In this document: piece after piece, positions 1 to 11,106 of the stretch
Position numbering within the stretch: the stretch's first letter is position 1
Layout: each line of letters begins with the position of its first letter
From: a bacterium
GTDB taxonomy: Bacteria > JADJOY01
Direction of reading: 5' to 3'
Length of the DNA: 64,000 bases
Assembly (NCBI GenBank): GCA_046331705.1
Contig: JAXLQJ010000026.1
Location: 1-64,000 of the forward strand
Translations under genes and position numbers: made by a program
The notes under the pieces: generated by a model
Databases searched by the model: none
What the model was told of the DNA's origin: nothing
The model's input: only the letters and a program-made list of their open reading frames with translations

Positions 1-118
1 GGTGAGAGCCCGCGATGTCCTCTCGCCACCCGACCCAGACGGCTCGCGCGGTGAGACCGCGACGCAGGATGCGTACCCGGAACGGATGATCCGCGAGTCC
101 AGGAAAGGATCGATCGAG

Positions 119-1555
119 GTGACCGACGCTGGCGCAATCCGGAAGATCCATTTGGTGGCCATCGGGGGTACCGGCATGGGCTCGCTCGCATGCCTCTTTC
201 GCGAGGCCGGCTATGTCGTCACCGGCTCGGATCACGCGCTCTATCCGCCGATGAGCGACATCCTCGCGGCGGCCGGGATCGACGTGCGCGAAGGCTTCGA
301 TCCCAGCCACATCGACGCCGACGTGGACCTGGTGGTGATCGGCAACGCGGTGTCGCGGACCAACGCGGAAGCGGTCGCGGCCACCGAGCGTGGGCTCAGG
401 CTCGAGTCGTTTCCGTCGGCGCTGGAAGCGCTCTTCCTGGCCACCCGCCATCCGGTGGTGGTGGCCGGCACGCACGGCAAGACCACCACCACCTCGATCA
501 CCTCGTGGCTGCTCGAGGCGTGCGGCCAGGCGCCGGGGTTCTTGATCGGCGGCAGTCCCGCGAACTTCACGAGCGGCGCGCGGCTCGGCAGCGGGGCACC
601 GTTCGTCATCGAGGGCGACGAGTACGACACGGCGTACTTCGACAAAGGCCCCAAGTTCCTCCACTACCGTCCGCGCACGGCGATCATCGGCAACGTCGAG
701 TTCGATCACGCCGACATCTACGCGGATCTCGAATCGGTGGTGCGCGCGTTCGAGTCGTTCACGCGGCTGGTTCCCGAGGACGGACGGCTGCTGCTCCACG
801 ACGTCGACCCGCACACGCCGCGGCTCACCGCCGCCGCCCGGGCTCGCGTCGAGACCGTGGGGCGCGGCGAGCGCGCCGATTGGCGCATCGTGGACGAGGG
901 CCGAGCCGCGGCGGGGACGAGCTTCCGCGTGCTGACGCCGAGCGACCGCGGCCGGCGGCTGCTCGGCCCCTTCACGCTCGCGCTCGCCGGCGCGCACAAC
1001 GTCACCAACGCCACCTTCGCCATCGCCGCGTGCCATTCGTTCGCGGTGACCGAGCGCCAGCTCGTCGACGGGATCGCGGGTTTCCGCGGGGTGAAGCGCC
1101 GGCTCGAGGTGGTGGGCGAAGCGCGCGGCGTGACCGTGATCGACGACTTCGCCCATCACCCCACCGCGGTGCTCGCGACGCTCGGCGCGTTGCGCAGCCG
1201 TTATCCGGGCGCGCGGCTCTGGATGGTGTTCGAGCCGCGCTCCGCCACCAGCCGGCGCGCGGTCTTTCAGGAGGACTTCGCACGCTCGTTCGCCGCCGCC
1301 GACCGCGTGGTGCTGGCGCCGCTCTGGGAGCCGCACAAGGTGCCCGACGGTCAGCGCCTCGACGTCGAGCGCATGGTGCGAGACGTGAACGCGCTCGGAA
1401 CCGCGGCCACGGCACCGGGCGGAGTGGACGAGATCGTCGCCGAGATCGCCCGCGAAGCGGCGCCCGGCGACGTCGTCACGATCCTCTCGAGCGGCTCGTT
1501 CGGCGGCATTCATCGCAAGCTGCTGGGCGCGCTCGCCGCTTCGCCCCGGGGCTGA
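119..1555 (+). CDS. mpl: Murein peptide ligase (MurC/Mpl family)
   Basis: IHLVAIGGTGMGSLA Rossmann-like start, GTHGKTTTT P-loop, EGDEYDTAYFDK, DHADIY and DDFAHHPTA motifs. GTG at 119 follows AGGAAAGGA. Confidence 0.9.
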   Translation: MTDAGAIRKIHLVAIGGTGMGSLACLFREAGYVVTGSDHALYPPMSDILAAAGIDVREGFDPSHIDADVDLVVIGNAVSRTNAEAVAATERGLRLESFPSALEALFLATRHPVVVAGTHGKTTTTSITSWLLEACGQAPGFLIGGSPANFTSGARLGSGAPFVIEGDEYDTAYFDKGPKFLHYRPRTAIIGNVEFDHADIYADLESVVRAFESFTRLVPEDGRLLLHDVDPHTPRLTAAARARVETVGRGERADWRIVDEGRAAAGTSFRVLTPSDRGRRLLGPFTLALAGAHNVTNATFAIAACHSFAVTERQLVDGIAGFRGVKRRLEVVGEARGVTVIDDFAHHPTAVLATLGALRSRYPGARLWMVFEPRSATSRRAVFQEDFARSFAAADRVVLAPLWEPHKVPDGQRLDVERMVRDVNALGTAATAPGGVDEIVAEIAREAAPGDVVTILSSGSFGGIHRKLLGALAASPRG

Positions 1556-1558
1556 GCC

Positions 1559-2917
1559 ATGGCGCGCTTCCCCGGCGAGGTCTGGACCGATCGCCTCAAG
1601 CTCGCACCCGAGGAGCACGGCGCCGACCAGTTCGTGGCGGGACAGCGCGTTGCGGCGAAGGTGCGCGCGCTGCTGCGCGAGGGCCGGGTGCAGGAAGCCG
1701 CGCGCGAGCTGGGACAGGTCGCCGGGGAGGTGGGCGACGAGCTCGTCGACGAGATCGCGGACGCGCCGCCGATCCAGCGCGCCAATCTCGTGCGGGCATT
1801 CCTGGAAGCACGCGATTTCGCGCGCGCCGCTCGTTGCTGCGAGCGGGTGGGAGACCATGCCCACGCGGGCGAGCTCTTCGAGCGCGCCGGCAACCTCGAT
1901 CGCGCCGCCGCGGCGTTCTTGCGCGCCGGTCAGCTCGAGCGGGCGGCCATGGTGCTCGAGCGCGACCTCGAGTTCGCCGAGGCGGCGAAGCTCTACCTCG
2001 ACTCCCGTCGCTTCCTGAAGGCCGCCCAGAACTACGAGCGCGCGGGCAGCTTCTTCGCCGCCGGCGAGCTCTACGCGCGGCTCGCGAAGTGGTCGAAGGC
2101 CGCCGAGGTGCTGCAGCGCGTGGCGCCGCGCGAGCCGGATTACCTGAAGGCGACACTGCTGCTCGGCAAGCTGCTGAGCGCGGCCCGCCAGCCCGTGATG
2201 GCGGCGCAGTGCTATCGCCTCGCGCTCCAGACCCACGGGTTGCGCCAGGATTCACTCGAGATCCAGTACCGCCTGGCGGCGCTGCTCAGCGATTCCGACC
2301 GCGCGGAGGAAGCGCTGCGCTTGCTGCGCGATCTCGCGGACGTGAGCCCTGGCTATCGCGACGTCGAACAGCAATTGCGCGTGCTCGCCGGCGAGGAGAG
2401 CGACGTCGTGGCCGGCACGCCGGTGGCGATGGACGCCGCCGCACCGGAAGTCGCCGCCCTGGGGCTGGTGGCGGTGGACGCCGACGTCGAGTTCCTGCGG
2501 CGGGTGCCGCTCTTCGCCGAGCTCAGCGCCAGCGAGCTTCACGAGCTGCTGCCGCATTGGGAGGCGGTGACGTACGCACCCGCGAGCGTGATCGTGCGCC
2601 AGGGCGACGAAGGACGGCGACTCTTCGTCCTCAAGCAAGGCTCGGCGCGCGTGATGCTGCGGCTCGGCGCGCCCGACGAGCAGTTGCTGCGCATCCTCGA
2701 CGAAGGTGCGTTCTTCGGGGAGCTCTCGTTGATCCGCGCGCGGCCCGCCAGCGCATCGGTGGTGGCGGACGGGCCGGTCATGGCGCTCGAGCTGGACCGA
2801 GCCACGTTCGAGGATCTGACACGCGCCAACGACCGGCTCGCCGCGCGCGTCTACCGCGTGTTCCTGGAAACGCTCATCGATCGATTCGTGGAGCTCGAGG
2901 CCGCCCACACCGAATGA
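1559..2917 (+). CDS. TPR-repeat protein with C-terminal cyclic-nucleotide-binding domain
   Basis: Repeated AAxxYERAG-type helices. C-terminal FLRRVPLFAEL...IVRQGDEG...FFGELSLI...ASASVVA is a cNMP-binding fold. Starts 3 nt after the mpl stop. Confidence 0.85.
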   Translation: MARFPGEVWTDRLKLAPEEHGADQFVAGQRVAAKVRALLREGRVQEAARELGQVAGEVGDELVDEIADAPPIQRANLVRAFLEARDFARAARCCERVGDHAHAGELFERAGNLDRAAAAFLRAGQLERAAMVLERDLEFAEAAKLYLDSRRFLKAAQNYERAGSFFAAGELYARLAKWSKAAEVLQRVAPREPDYLKATLLLGKLLSAARQPVMAAQCYRLALQTHGLRQDSLEIQYRLAALLSDSDRAEEALRLLRDLADVSPGYRDVEQQLRVLAGEESDVVAGTPVAMDAAAPEVAALGLVAVDADVEFLRRVPLFAELSASELHELLPHWEAVTYAPASVIVRQGDEGRRLFVLKQGSARVMLRLGAPDEQLLRILDEGAFFGELSLIRARPASASVVADGPVMALELDRATFEDLTRANDRLAARVYRVFLETLIDRFVELEAAHTE

Positions 2918-2994
2918 CCGCGCCGCGCGCAGTCGTCGTGCGATCCGCCGAGTCTCGATGCTAGGATGCCGACCCGACCGCACCACCCATCGAC

Positions 2995-3468
2995 ATGGAC
3001 GAGGAAAAGACGCTACCCGGCCTCGCGGTGCGCCCGATGGGCGAGCCCACCGACGAGATCGTCGTGCCCGAAGGCGTGCCGGCGGTGCTACGCGTCCTCG
3101 AGGGACCGGGGAAAGGCGATACCTGGGCGATCCACGGTGCGCTCCGCATCGGCCGCGGGGATACCAACGACCTCTCCATCGCCGATCGCAACGTCTCGAC
3201 GCTGCACGCCATGCTCGAGCCCGCCGGCGCGGGCCGCTTTCGCATTCGCGATCTCGAGAGTCGCAACGGCACCTTCGTGAACGGCGAGCGCGTCACCGAT
3301 CGGGTGCTCGAAGACGGCGACGTCGTGGTGCTGGGGAGCGTGGTCCTCAAGTACCGCGCGAACGACGAGGTCACCGAGCCGCAGACGGCGCTCGTCGATC
3401 CAGCGTCGCCCCGCCGCGCCCCTGCCCCGCCCCGTCGAAAGAAGCCTGCCCCGCCCGAAGGTCCCTGA
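2995..3468 (+). CDS. FHA-domain protein
   Basis: IGRG...DRNVSTLHA...DLESRNGTFVNG...LEDGDVVVLG, the GR/SxxH/NG FHA signature. Confidence 0.9.
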   Translation: MDEEKTLPGLAVRPMGEPTDEIVVPEGVPAVLRVLEGPGKGDTWAIHGALRIGRGDTNDLSIADRNVSTLHAMLEPAGAGRFRIRDLESRNGTFVNGERVTDRVLEDGDVVVLGSVVLKYRANDEVTEPQTALVDPASPRRAPAPPRRKKPAPPEGP

Positions 3469-3673
3469 CCGTTCCGCCGCGAGCGACGGCTTCCCTCGCG
3501 ACGCATGACCGGTCCTCGAAGCGACGCACGCCGTCGCGACCTCGACCGGCGCGGATCGTCTCGCCCACAGCCCGTCGCGAGGCACCCCGTCAGCGGCATC
3601 GGCGGCGCGTCCATCCGTCCTGGACGGCGACGGCGCCACACGAGACGCCTGCTTCCTTCGCTCACGACGAGGC

Positions 3674-3703
3674 TTGACCGTAGCCTCACCCGCCCCCGAC
3701 AAT
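3674..3703 (+). promoter_or_regulatory. Possible sigma70-type promoter for the 3885 gene
   Basis: TTGACC-18 nt-GACAAT in an intergenic gap. The -35 box lies within a GAGGCT/AGCCTC inverted repeat. Confidence 0.3.
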
Positions 3704-3884
3704 CCCGGTGCCTGCAGACGTCGACGCCCGTCCCGCCCGATCCCGTTTCGCGTTCCGTTCGCGCTCACCCTGAGAGAGCCCGCGGAACACCTTCCGGCAC
3801 GCCGATCTCGATCCGGGCCCACCACCTGACCGCAGCGCGGGCTCGCAGAGCCTCGGACCGAACGAGCCCGCGGCGGACGCCCTG

Positions 3885-5270
3885 ATGGTCAGCGATCCGC
3901 GAGCCGCCCGATTCGCCGCGCGTCATCCGCGGGTCTGGCGCGGGCTCGAACGCGTCGATGCCGCGGGACGCTGGCTCGCGATCCGCCTCGCGACGAACCC
4001 GCGCGCCCAGTGGTGTGCATTCGGGGTGCTGCTCGGGATTCGAGTCATCGCGCTCGTGCTCATGATGATCGTGCGCGACGGGCCGGACGGCATCGGGGAC
4101 GAGCGCTGGCTCTATCTCGAGCACGTGCGTGACACGGCGACGTTCGGCTTCGCCAACCCCGGCTACCACAAGGCGCAGGCCATGTGGCATGCGCCGATGT
4201 CGTACCTGTTCTGGGCGGGAGCGCTCTCGCTGACCAGCCCGACGATCGAGGCCGGCCGGATCATCGCGCTCGCGCTCTACCTGTGCTCGGCGCTGGTGTG
4301 GGTGCTGATCGTGCGCTTGCTCTTCCCCCGGGGGCAGCGCGTGCTTCCGGCGGCGCTCTTCTGGGTTGCGCCCGCGTGGCACACCATCGAGATACGCGCC
4401 TACGGTCTGTTTCTGCTGCTCGTCCTCGCGACGACCTACCTCACCCTGGTACCGCTGATGGTCACCGACGCCCGGGTGAAGGCGCTCGCGCTCCTGGGCC
4501 TCGCGGGGAGCTTGGCGCTGCTGGTGTTCAATCATCTCTACGGAATCGTCGGGATCGGTTGCGTCGGGCTGGCGGGGCTCGGGATGGTTCTCGGCGGGCA
4601 CCGTCGGCGACTCGGGCTGGGCTACATGCTGTGCGCGATCTTCGCCGTGGCGACGTCGATCCCATGGCTCGCAACCTTGGCGCACGACCGTCGGGTTCTG
4701 CTGCCCGTCGTCACCGCGGAGCGCGAGGCGAGCGTGACGGAGGCCGCGACCCGCGGGCTCGTCGATCGCGAGAACGTCGACCAGTACAAGGTCAACGCGT
4801 TCTCCACGTGGGAATCGCTGCGCGACGAGCTGGCGAGCGATCTGCGGGTGAACGTCGCGACCGTGGCGCTGCTCGCGTTCGCTGCAAGGACCTGGATCCG
4901 CGGTGGCGCGAAACGTCGTCTCTGGGCGGCTGTCGGAATCGTGCTCGCGCTGTCGGCGCGAAACACGCTGCCGCAGGTGGCGGCGCTGGCCTGGATGGCC
5001 CGGCGTGGTGCGGCGTGGCGCGGCTGGGGGATGCAGTGGGTCCCGGTTCTGCTGCTCGGGTCCTTCCCGGCGATCTTTCGGTATCCGGCGTTCTACGAGA
5101 ACTACCTCACCGGATACCGTGTGCTGCCGTTCCTGCTGTTCGCGGACGTGCTGCGCGAAGAGCGCTGGGATTGGCCCGCCCGCATCGCGCTCCTGCACAT
5201 CGCCGGGTTGAGTCTCGAGCTCGTGCACTGGATGACCGCGGACCCACTCCATGGCTGGATGCCGTCGTGA
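3885..5270 (+). CDS. Polytopic membrane protein, possibly GT-C glycosyltransferase-like
   Basis: About 10 hydrophobic segments, with an acidic GDE loop after the first TM. The family call is weak. Confidence 0.55.
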   Translation: MVSDPRAARFAARHPRVWRGLERVDAAGRWLAIRLATNPRAQWCAFGVLLGIRVIALVLMMIVRDGPDGIGDERWLYLEHVRDTATFGFANPGYHKAQAMWHAPMSYLFWAGALSLTSPTIEAGRIIALALYLCSALVWVLIVRLLFPRGQRVLPAALFWVAPAWHTIEIRAYGLFLLLVLATTYLTLVPLMVTDARVKALALLGLAGSLALLVFNHLYGIVGIGCVGLAGLGMVLGGHRRRLGLGYMLCAIFAVATSIPWLATLAHDRRVLLPVVTAEREASVTEAATRGLVDRENVDQYKVNAFSTWESLRDELASDLRVNVATVALLAFAARTWIRGGAKRRLWAAVGIVLALSARNTLPQVAALAWMARRGAAWRGWGMQWVPVLLLGSFPAIFRYPAFYENYLTGYRVLPFLLFADVLREERWDWPARIALLHIAGLSLELVHWMTADPLHGWMPS

Positions 5271-5425
5271 TGGCCCTCGTCGGGATGGCCCCGTGCCGAA
5301 CGACGCTCGCAGTCGGCTGCGTCTGGCCCGAGTGGAACCCATCCTCCCGGGGTCGACGCGCGGCTCGTCGCGCGCTCGGCGGAAGCGGCCCTTGTCTGCT
5401 CGCGTGAGGTAGGCACACTAGCGAC

Positions 5426-6505
5426 ATGGCGACGGGAACGACGACGAATGGCGCGCGCTGGCTGATCTACGGCGCGAATGGTTACACGGGTCGGCTCATC
5501 GCCGAGGAGGCGAAGCGGCGAGGAATGACGCCGATCCTCGCGGGGCGCAACCGCGAGGCCCTGGCCTCGCTCGGCTCGGAGCTCGCGCTCGAGACCCGCT
5601 GCTTCGACCTGGGCAGCGCCGACGCCATCGGCAGCCAGCTTCGTGACGTCGACCTCGTCCTCCACTGCGCCGGGCCGTTCTCGGCCACCGCCAGACCGAT
5701 GCTCGAGGCGTGCACGCGCTCGGGCTCGCATTACCTCGACATCACGGGCGAGATCGAGGTCTTCGAGCACGTCCACGCCAACGGCGCGAAGTGGAGCGAT
5801 TGCGGCATCGTCGCCATGCCCGGCGTCGGATTCGACGTGGTCCCGTCCGACTGCCTGGCGGCGATGCTCAAGGCCCGCATGCCGGCGGCAGTCCGGCTGC
5901 GCCTCGCCTTCAAGCCGATCCACGGCAAGCTGAGCCCGGGGACCACCAAGACCGTCATCGAGGGCATCCCGCGCGGCGGCATGATCCGTCGCGGCGGCAA
6001 GCTCGTGAAGGTCGGCGCCGCGCACAAGGTCATTCGTGTGCCGTTCGACGGCGCCCCCGAGCAAGCGGTCGCGATTCCTTGGGGCGACGTGTCCACGGCC
6101 TTTCATTCCACGGGCATCCCCAACATCGAGGTCTTCATCGGCCTGCCGCCAGCGATGATCTGGCAGATGCGCGCCACCAGCCCGCTCGGACGGTTCCTCG
6201 GCGCCGCGCCGATCCAGCGCTTCCTGAAGGGCCAGGTCACCCGCCGGCTCAAGGGCCCGAACGAGGCCGAGCGCGCCAGCTCGTCGGTGGTCTTGTGGGG
6301 CGAGGTCCGTGACTCCAACGGAGCCAAGCTCACGATGACGCTCCGAACGCCGGAGACCTACCAATTCACGGTGATCGCGGCGGTGGCGTGCGTCGAGCGC
6401 GTGCTGGCGGGCGACGTGAAGTCGGGTGCACAAACGCCATCGAGGGCCCTCGGAGCCGAGTTCGTGCTGTCGCTGCCCGGCGTGACCGCGACGCAGCCCG
6501 CCTGA
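5426..6505 (+). CDS. Saccharopine dehydrogenase-like NAD(P)-dependent oxidoreductase
   Basis: IYGANGYTG, CAGPF, YLDITGE, GVGFDVVPSD and WGDVSTAFHSTGIPNI motifs. Confidence 0.9.
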   Translation: MATGTTTNGARWLIYGANGYTGRLIAEEAKRRGMTPILAGRNREALASLGSELALETRCFDLGSADAIGSQLRDVDLVLHCAGPFSATARPMLEACTRSGSHYLDITGEIEVFEHVHANGAKWSDCGIVAMPGVGFDVVPSDCLAAMLKARMPAAVRLRLAFKPIHGKLSPGTTKTVIEGIPRGGMIRRGGKLVKVGAAHKVIRVPFDGAPEQAVAIPWGDVSTAFHSTGIPNIEVFIGLPPAMIWQMRATSPLGRFLGAAPIQRFLKGQVTRRLKGPNEAERASSSVVLWGEVRDSNGAKLTMTLRTPETYQFTVIAAVACVERVLAGDVKSGAQTPSRALGAEFVLSLPGVTATQPA

Positions 6506-6611
6506 GCGCGCCACGCCGCCGCCTCAGCCGGAATCCGGTCGAGGAACCCGTTGCGCATCGGGCTTCGCACTCGATCGGGCTGTGGCAGACTGCTGAGAAA
6601 GGCACCGCCAG

Positions 6612-6698
6612 AGGCGCGCCGACGAGCGTAGCGAGCCGGCTCGAGGGTGCGACCCCACGAAAGCCGCTTCTCGTGGGGCGGGGATCTGTTGAGCCCCC
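6612..6698. repeat. Solo diverged copy of the structured repeat found at 23.2-24.25 kb
   Basis: AGGCGCGCCGACGAGCGTAGCGAGCCGGCTCGAGGGTGCGACCCC...GGGGCGGGG...GAGCCCCC aligns to the array core AGGCGAGCCGACGAGCGAAGCGAGGCGACTCGGGGGTGGGGCCCC...GGGGCGGGGG...AAGCCCC. Confidence 0.8.
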
Positions 6699-6706
6699 TG
6701 AGCCTG

Positions 6707-7891
6707 CTAGTGGCGGCCCAGGCGTTTCACCGGTTCGCCCGCGAGCAGCGCGTGCGCTTCGGCGAGCACGCTCGGGATCCGATCGGCGTGCGGCGAGCGC
6801 GCGAGGCTCGGCGTCCAGTCGAGTGCGACACCGGCGTCCGCCTGGTTGCCGGGGAACCAGTGATCGCCACGCGAGAGCAGGTTGTAGCGAGCCTTGCCGT
6901 AGTCGAGCATGTCGAGGGCGAGCGCGAGATTTCGCAGGCGTACGATCTCGCGGACGTTCACCTGCCCCGGTGCCTCGTGCCATTCGGGCAGCCCTTCGTC
7001 CCACGTCTCCACCCAGCGGCGGCCGAGCACACGCCCCAGCTCGGCCTGAAGTCGCACATCGATGTCACGGACGAGCGGTGCCATCTCCGCGGGCTCGGTC
7101 ACGAGCGCGAGGGCCTTCACGTGCTCGTCGAAGTCCGTGGGTCGCTCGGCGCCCACGCTCAGCGTGTGCACCAGCGGATTCGAGAGCGTCCATGCGTCGT
7201 TGAACACGATCGGCGAGAGCGGTGCGGTCAGGTCGCGGAGCTTGGCGCTCGGCGCGTAGAGCCGCCCGCCCTTGTCGGTCGGGCTGATGATGAAGACTCC
7301 CATGTCGTGGCGACGCGCCTCCGCGAGCGCGGGTGCGTTCCGCTGGAAGACCCAGTACCAGTGGAGGTTCACGAAGTCGAAGCACCCGTCACGAAGGATC
7401 TCCATCAGCAGCGGCAAGGGCGCGTGGGTGGAGAGCCCGAGCCAGCGCGCGCGCCCCTGGCGCTTGAGCTCGAGCGCGATCTCGAGGCAGCCGCCCTTCC
7501 GGAAGGTCCACGCGAATCGGTCCGCGTCGTTGATGCCGTGGATGGCGAAGAGATCGACCTGCTCGAGGCCGAGATCCCGGAATGCCCGCTCGACGCCAGC
7601 GCGGAACTCGGCAACGTCCGGCGCGGGGCCGACCTTCGTCTGAACGATGACGCGCGACCGTTCGATGCCGCGCAGCACCCGACCGAGCTGCTCACCGCTG
7701 GTGCCGTAACCGCGCGCGGTCTCGAAGTGGTGGATGCCGAGGTCGAGCGCGCGCGCGACGATCGCCTCGAGATTGCGCTGACTCTCGGGCGTCACCGAGA
7801 CGCCGTCGGTCCACGACTGCTGAAAGCGCATGCCGCCGCAGGAGAGCACCGGCATGCGAAGCTCGGTGCGGCCGAAGCGACGGTAGAGCAT
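6707..7891 (-). CDS. Aldo/keto reductase (COG1453-like)
   Basis: MLYRRFGRTELRMPVLSCGGMRF, HFETARGYGTS, QTKV, DLFAIHGIN and GLSTH motifs. Confidence 0.9.
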   Translation of the reverse strand: MLYRRFGRTELRMPVLSCGGMRFQQSWTDGVSVTPESQRNLEAIVARALDLGIHHFETARGYGTSGEQLGRVLRGIERSRVIVQTKVGPAPDVAEFRAGVERAFRDLGLEQVDLFAIHGINDADRFAWTFRKGGCLEIALELKRQGRARWLGLSTHAPLPLLMEILRDGCFDFVNLHWYWVFQRNAPALAEARRHDMGVFIISPTDKGGRLYAPSAKLRDLTAPLSPIVFNDAWTLSNPLVHTLSVGAERPTDFDEHVKALALVTEPAEMAPLVRDIDVRLQAELGRVLGRRWVETWDEGLPEWHEAPGQVNVREIVRLRNLALALDMLDYGKARYNLLSRGDHWFPGNQADAGVALDWTPSLARSPHADRIPSVLAEAHALLAGEPVKRLGRH

Positions 7892-7933
7892 CCCGAAACG
7901 CTCACTCGGCGGCGTGGTCGACGGGGACGACGG

Positions 7934-8329
7934 TCAGGACCCGGTGCGTTCGCGACGGGTCGCGGACGGGATCGAGAACGTGACCTTGGCGGTGGCGCAC
8001 AGCGCTCCCGCGTCGTCGCGGATGCGCGCCTCGGCGAACGCCAAGCGCCGCCCGACCCGCAGCGCCTCGCCCTCGGCATGGACGCGAGTCCCGCCGAGCG
8101 GCCGGAGGAAGCTCAGCGAAAGCTCGACGGTGTAGATGAGCGCTTGCGGGTCGCCCAGCAGGCTCCGCACGGCGTGCGCCGCCGTGGTGTCCGCCAATGC
8201 GGCGACCGCGCCGCCGTGAACTCCTTCGTTGGGATTGAGGACGGCGGGCGCGATGGGGATGCTCGCGCGTCCGCGTCCTGGAGCGGTCCAGGGCTCGAGC
8301 GTGAGCCCGATCGAGTCGTAGAGCGACAT
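7934..8329 (-). CDS. PaaI-family hotdog-fold thioesterase
   Basis: LNPNEGVHGGAVAALADT and TVELSLSFLRP motifs. Confidence 0.9.
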   Translation of the reverse strand: MSLYDSIGLTLEPWTAPGRGRASIPIAPAVLNPNEGVHGGAVAALADTTAAHAVRSLLGDPQALIYTVELSLSFLRPLGGTRVHAEGEALRVGRRLAFAEARIRDDAGALCATAKVTFSIPSATRRERTGS

Positions 8330-8457
8330 CGCGGCGCGTAAGATAGGGCCGCGCTTCGCGGCGAAGCAAACGAGGCCAGCGGCACGGGGGAGGGCGATCG
8401 CGCGAGCGCCGCGCAGCCCGCGCCGACCACGGAGACCGAAGCACGGAGGCGAGCAGC

Positions 8458-8865
8458 GTGAGCGAGCGGGAAGCGGACAAGAACGTGGTGCGGCAGTACG
8501 TCGACGCCTTCAACCGCGGGGACATGGAGGCGATGAAGAGCCTCTTCACTCCCGACGCCATCGTCTACGGCGTCCTCGGGTTCGGCGGCCTCGACAAGGT
8601 CATCCCCATCTGGCGGCAGCTCCACGAGGGCGTGGCCGCGCACCTGACCATCGAGGAGATCATCGGCGAGGGCGACCGCATCGCGGTGCGCTACGTCGAG
8701 CGCGGCAAGTCGGTCGGCACCTTCCTCGGCAACGCGCCCACGGGAAAGACCTACGAGATCGTGGCGATGGAGTGGTTCGTGATGAAGGACGGACGCATCC
8801 ACGAACGCTGGGGTGCCCGCGACTCGGCCGCGATGGCACGCCAGATGGGGCTCGCGAGCTCGTGA
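8458..8865 (+). CDS. SnoaL-like ester cyclase (NTF2 fold)
   Basis: KNVVRQYVDAFNRGD, EGDRIAVR, FLGNAPTGK and DGRIHERWGARD motifs. GGAGG upstream of GTG. Confidence 0.88.
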   Translation: MSEREADKNVVRQYVDAFNRGDMEAMKSLFTPDAIVYGVLGFGGLDKVIPIWRQLHEGVAAHLTIEEIIGEGDRIAVRYVERGKSVGTFLGNAPTGKTYEIVAMEWFVMKDGRIHERWGARDSAAMARQMGLASS

Positions 8866-9281
8866 GCGACGCGAATCCGGCGAGCATCGAGGGCGGCTGC
8901 CTGTGCGGGGCGGTGCGCTATCGCGCGACCGCCGCACCGCTCAACAGCATGATGTGCCACTGCAACTCGTGCCGGCGCGCCGCGGGTGCTCCGGTCGTCG
9001 CGTGGATCACCTTCCCGAGCGACGCGTTGACCTTCACCACCGGCACGCCCAATCGCTACGCGTCGTCGGCGGGTGTGGTGCGCACGTTCTGCCCTGGTTG
9101 CGGCACCCCGCTGACGTACGTCCACCAAGGCCGTCCGGGCGACGTGGACGTCACGACGGCGAGCCTCGATCATCCGGATCGATTTCCGCCCACCTGGCAC
9201 GGCTGGCTGGAAGACACGCTGCCGTGGTTGCGCTTCGGCGACGACTTGCCGACGCACCGCAAGGTGCCGAGCGCCGAGTGA
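8862..9281 (+). CDS. GFA family zinc-binding protein
   Basis: GGCLCGAVRY, CHCNSCRR and FCPGCGTPL motifs. GTGA overlap with the upstream stop. Confidence 0.9.
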   Translation: MSDANPASIEGGCLCGAVRYRATAAPLNSMMCHCNSCRRAAGAPVVAWITFPSDALTFTTGTPNRYASSAGVVRTFCPGCGTPLTYVHQGRPGDVDVTTASLDHPDRFPPTWHGWLEDTLPWLRFGDDLPTHRKVPSAE

Positions 9282-9284
9282 TCC

Positions 9285-9680
9285 ATGCGCCCGGATGGTG
9301 ACGAGCCCGAGCCGGATCGCGCCACGGAAGACGGCTCGGTCCTCGAAGTCGTCGACATCCGCCACATCCATCACGAGCACGACGACGCCATTCGCCGCTT
9401 CCTCGAGTGGCAAGAGCACCAGTACGACCCGGGCCATTTCCTCGGCGGGCGACTCCATCCGGCATTCACGCGCAGCCGGCCCAATCCCTTCGGCTGGTGG
9501 GCGCTCGGCGTCGCGGGTCTCTACGTGATTGGGCTGGCCAGCTTGGGGAACGTCGAATCCATCGCCCAGTTGGTGGAGGCCCTGGCCACCACGCTGCTCA
9601 TCGCGCTCGTCGGGCTCGAGCTCCTCGCTCGACCGGGCGATGGACACGCCACCCGATCGAGGAGCGACCGCGCCACGTAG
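9285..9680 (+). CDS. Hypothetical membrane protein (two C-terminal TM helices)
   Basis: Starts 3 nt after the GFA gene. EWQEHQYDPGHFLGG is followed by two hydrophobic stretches. Confidence 0.55.
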   Translation: MRPDGDEPEPDRATEDGSVLEVVDIRHIHHEHDDAIRRFLEWQEHQYDPGHFLGGRLHPAFTRSRPNPFGWWALGVAGLYVIGLASLGNVESIAQLVEALATTLLIALVGLELLARPGDGHATRSRSDRAT

Positions 9681-9729
9681 CGGTCGGACTCCGGGAACCC
9701 CGCCCCAAGCCGGGTTCAGCCAGGCGAGC

Positions 9730-10962
<1,233 letters not shown>

Positions 10963-11106
10963 GTCGTCGTTTCTCGAGCCCGCGTCGGCGAGGGTGCGGG
11001 TGAGGTGCACGGAGCCGAGGCGCGCTGGACCGCAACGACGCCGACGCGTCGTGGACCGCCTCGAGGATGGTGGTGGCGCGGCGGGCTCCGTCCCCCCGCG
11101 CCGCGT

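Noticed and set aside
190-2964. 924-aa Arg-rich ORF and similar long alternative-frame ORFs throughout the window
   Set aside because: They overlap well-supported genes in another frame and have the Arg/Gly/Ala/Pro composition typical of GC-rich off-frames.
3765-3850. TPP riboswitch (CTGAGA...ACCTGA)
   Set aside because: Spacing and the P4/P5 consensus do not fit, and the downstream gene is not thiamine-related.
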